Positions 63,601 to 64,000 of a stretch of 64,000 nucleotides of DNA are shown here, piece by piece. Both the position numbers and the translations under genes were made by a program. The stretch is from Trichoplax adhaerens (taxonomy: Eukaryota; Animalia; Placozoa). The stretch is taken from positions 9,138,159 to 9,202,158 of the forward strand of contig NW_002060944.1 in the NCBI RefSeq assembly GCF_000150275.1, given 5' to 3'. Within the stretch, counting starts at the first letter, position 1. Each line of letters opens with the position of its first letter. Below the pieces are notes generated by a model, which was given only the letters and a program-made list of their open reading frames with translations, was not told the origin of the DNA and searched no databases.

Positions 63601-64000
63601 GTGATGAGGGCGACAATTTCTACATAATGGATTCTGGAGAAGTTGATGTAAGTGATTTTATCTACTTGTGTTAAATGAGATAATTGATCAATGTAGTTTA
63701 TTAAATCGGTGGTGTTTGTAGGTTTATGTCGGTGACAAATTGGTTGCTACTTTGGGTGATATGGCAAGCTTTGGTGAATTAGCATTGATTTATGGAACAC
63801 CTAGAGCTGCTACCATTAAGGTAAATTGCGTAAAGGAACAATAGTAACTTTTAGCTATCACCTAAAGTGCATTGCTAGTAAGCTTCTTTCTAGTTTAACT
63901 ACGATGAGTTGTTTAATAACCGAGTAGTGGAATGAAGCGATATATTCTGATGCTGTTATAAACCTAATGATAGGGATATTTTTCTACCTATGCAATCCGC
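60642..64000 (+). CDS. PRKAR1: cAMP-dependent protein kinase type I regulatory subunit, 3' end outside window
   Basis: Exon 1 60642-60836 has the D/D domain ([42 protein letters not shown]); exon 2 has the pseudosubstrate RRRRGGVSG; then [36 protein letters not shown] (CNB-A). Confidence 0.96.

Noticed and set aside
1-64000. tRNA, rRNA and transposase or reverse-transcriptase genes
   Set aside because: No diagnostic motifs seen in the sequence or the ORF track.

Overview
AT-rich, intron-dense eukaryotic DNA. The animal-type gene set, short introns and no obvious CpG depletion fit a compact early-branching animal such as a placozoan (inference). Exon structures were reconstructed by hand from splice signals and protein similarity. 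Gene order: SLC35B1 (-, runs off the left edge); an orphan type I membrane protein (+); three tandem divergent CAMK-group kinases with intronless CDSs (+; the first is a pseudokinase); ABI (-) head-to-head with WBP2 (+); RPL21 (+) convergent with NPLOC4 (-); a RUN-PDZ-PTB adaptor (-) head-to-head with ELAC2 (+); a C7orf50/WKF-domain gene (-) head-to-head with type I PKA regulatory subunit (+, runs off the right edge). Most notable: (1) most housekeeping promoters carry arrays of degenerate ~100-230 bp repeats sharing a GTCYRTCCGTCY core and TACAGTA/TACTGTA clusters, one unit recurring 25 kb away, while none were seen in the kinase region; (2) an island of orphan receptor-like protein (furin site, PSAP motif), pseudokinase and two atypical kinases; (3) a perfect ERSE upstream of SLC35B1; (4) a dual-AUG mitochondrial/nuclear arrangement in ELAC2.
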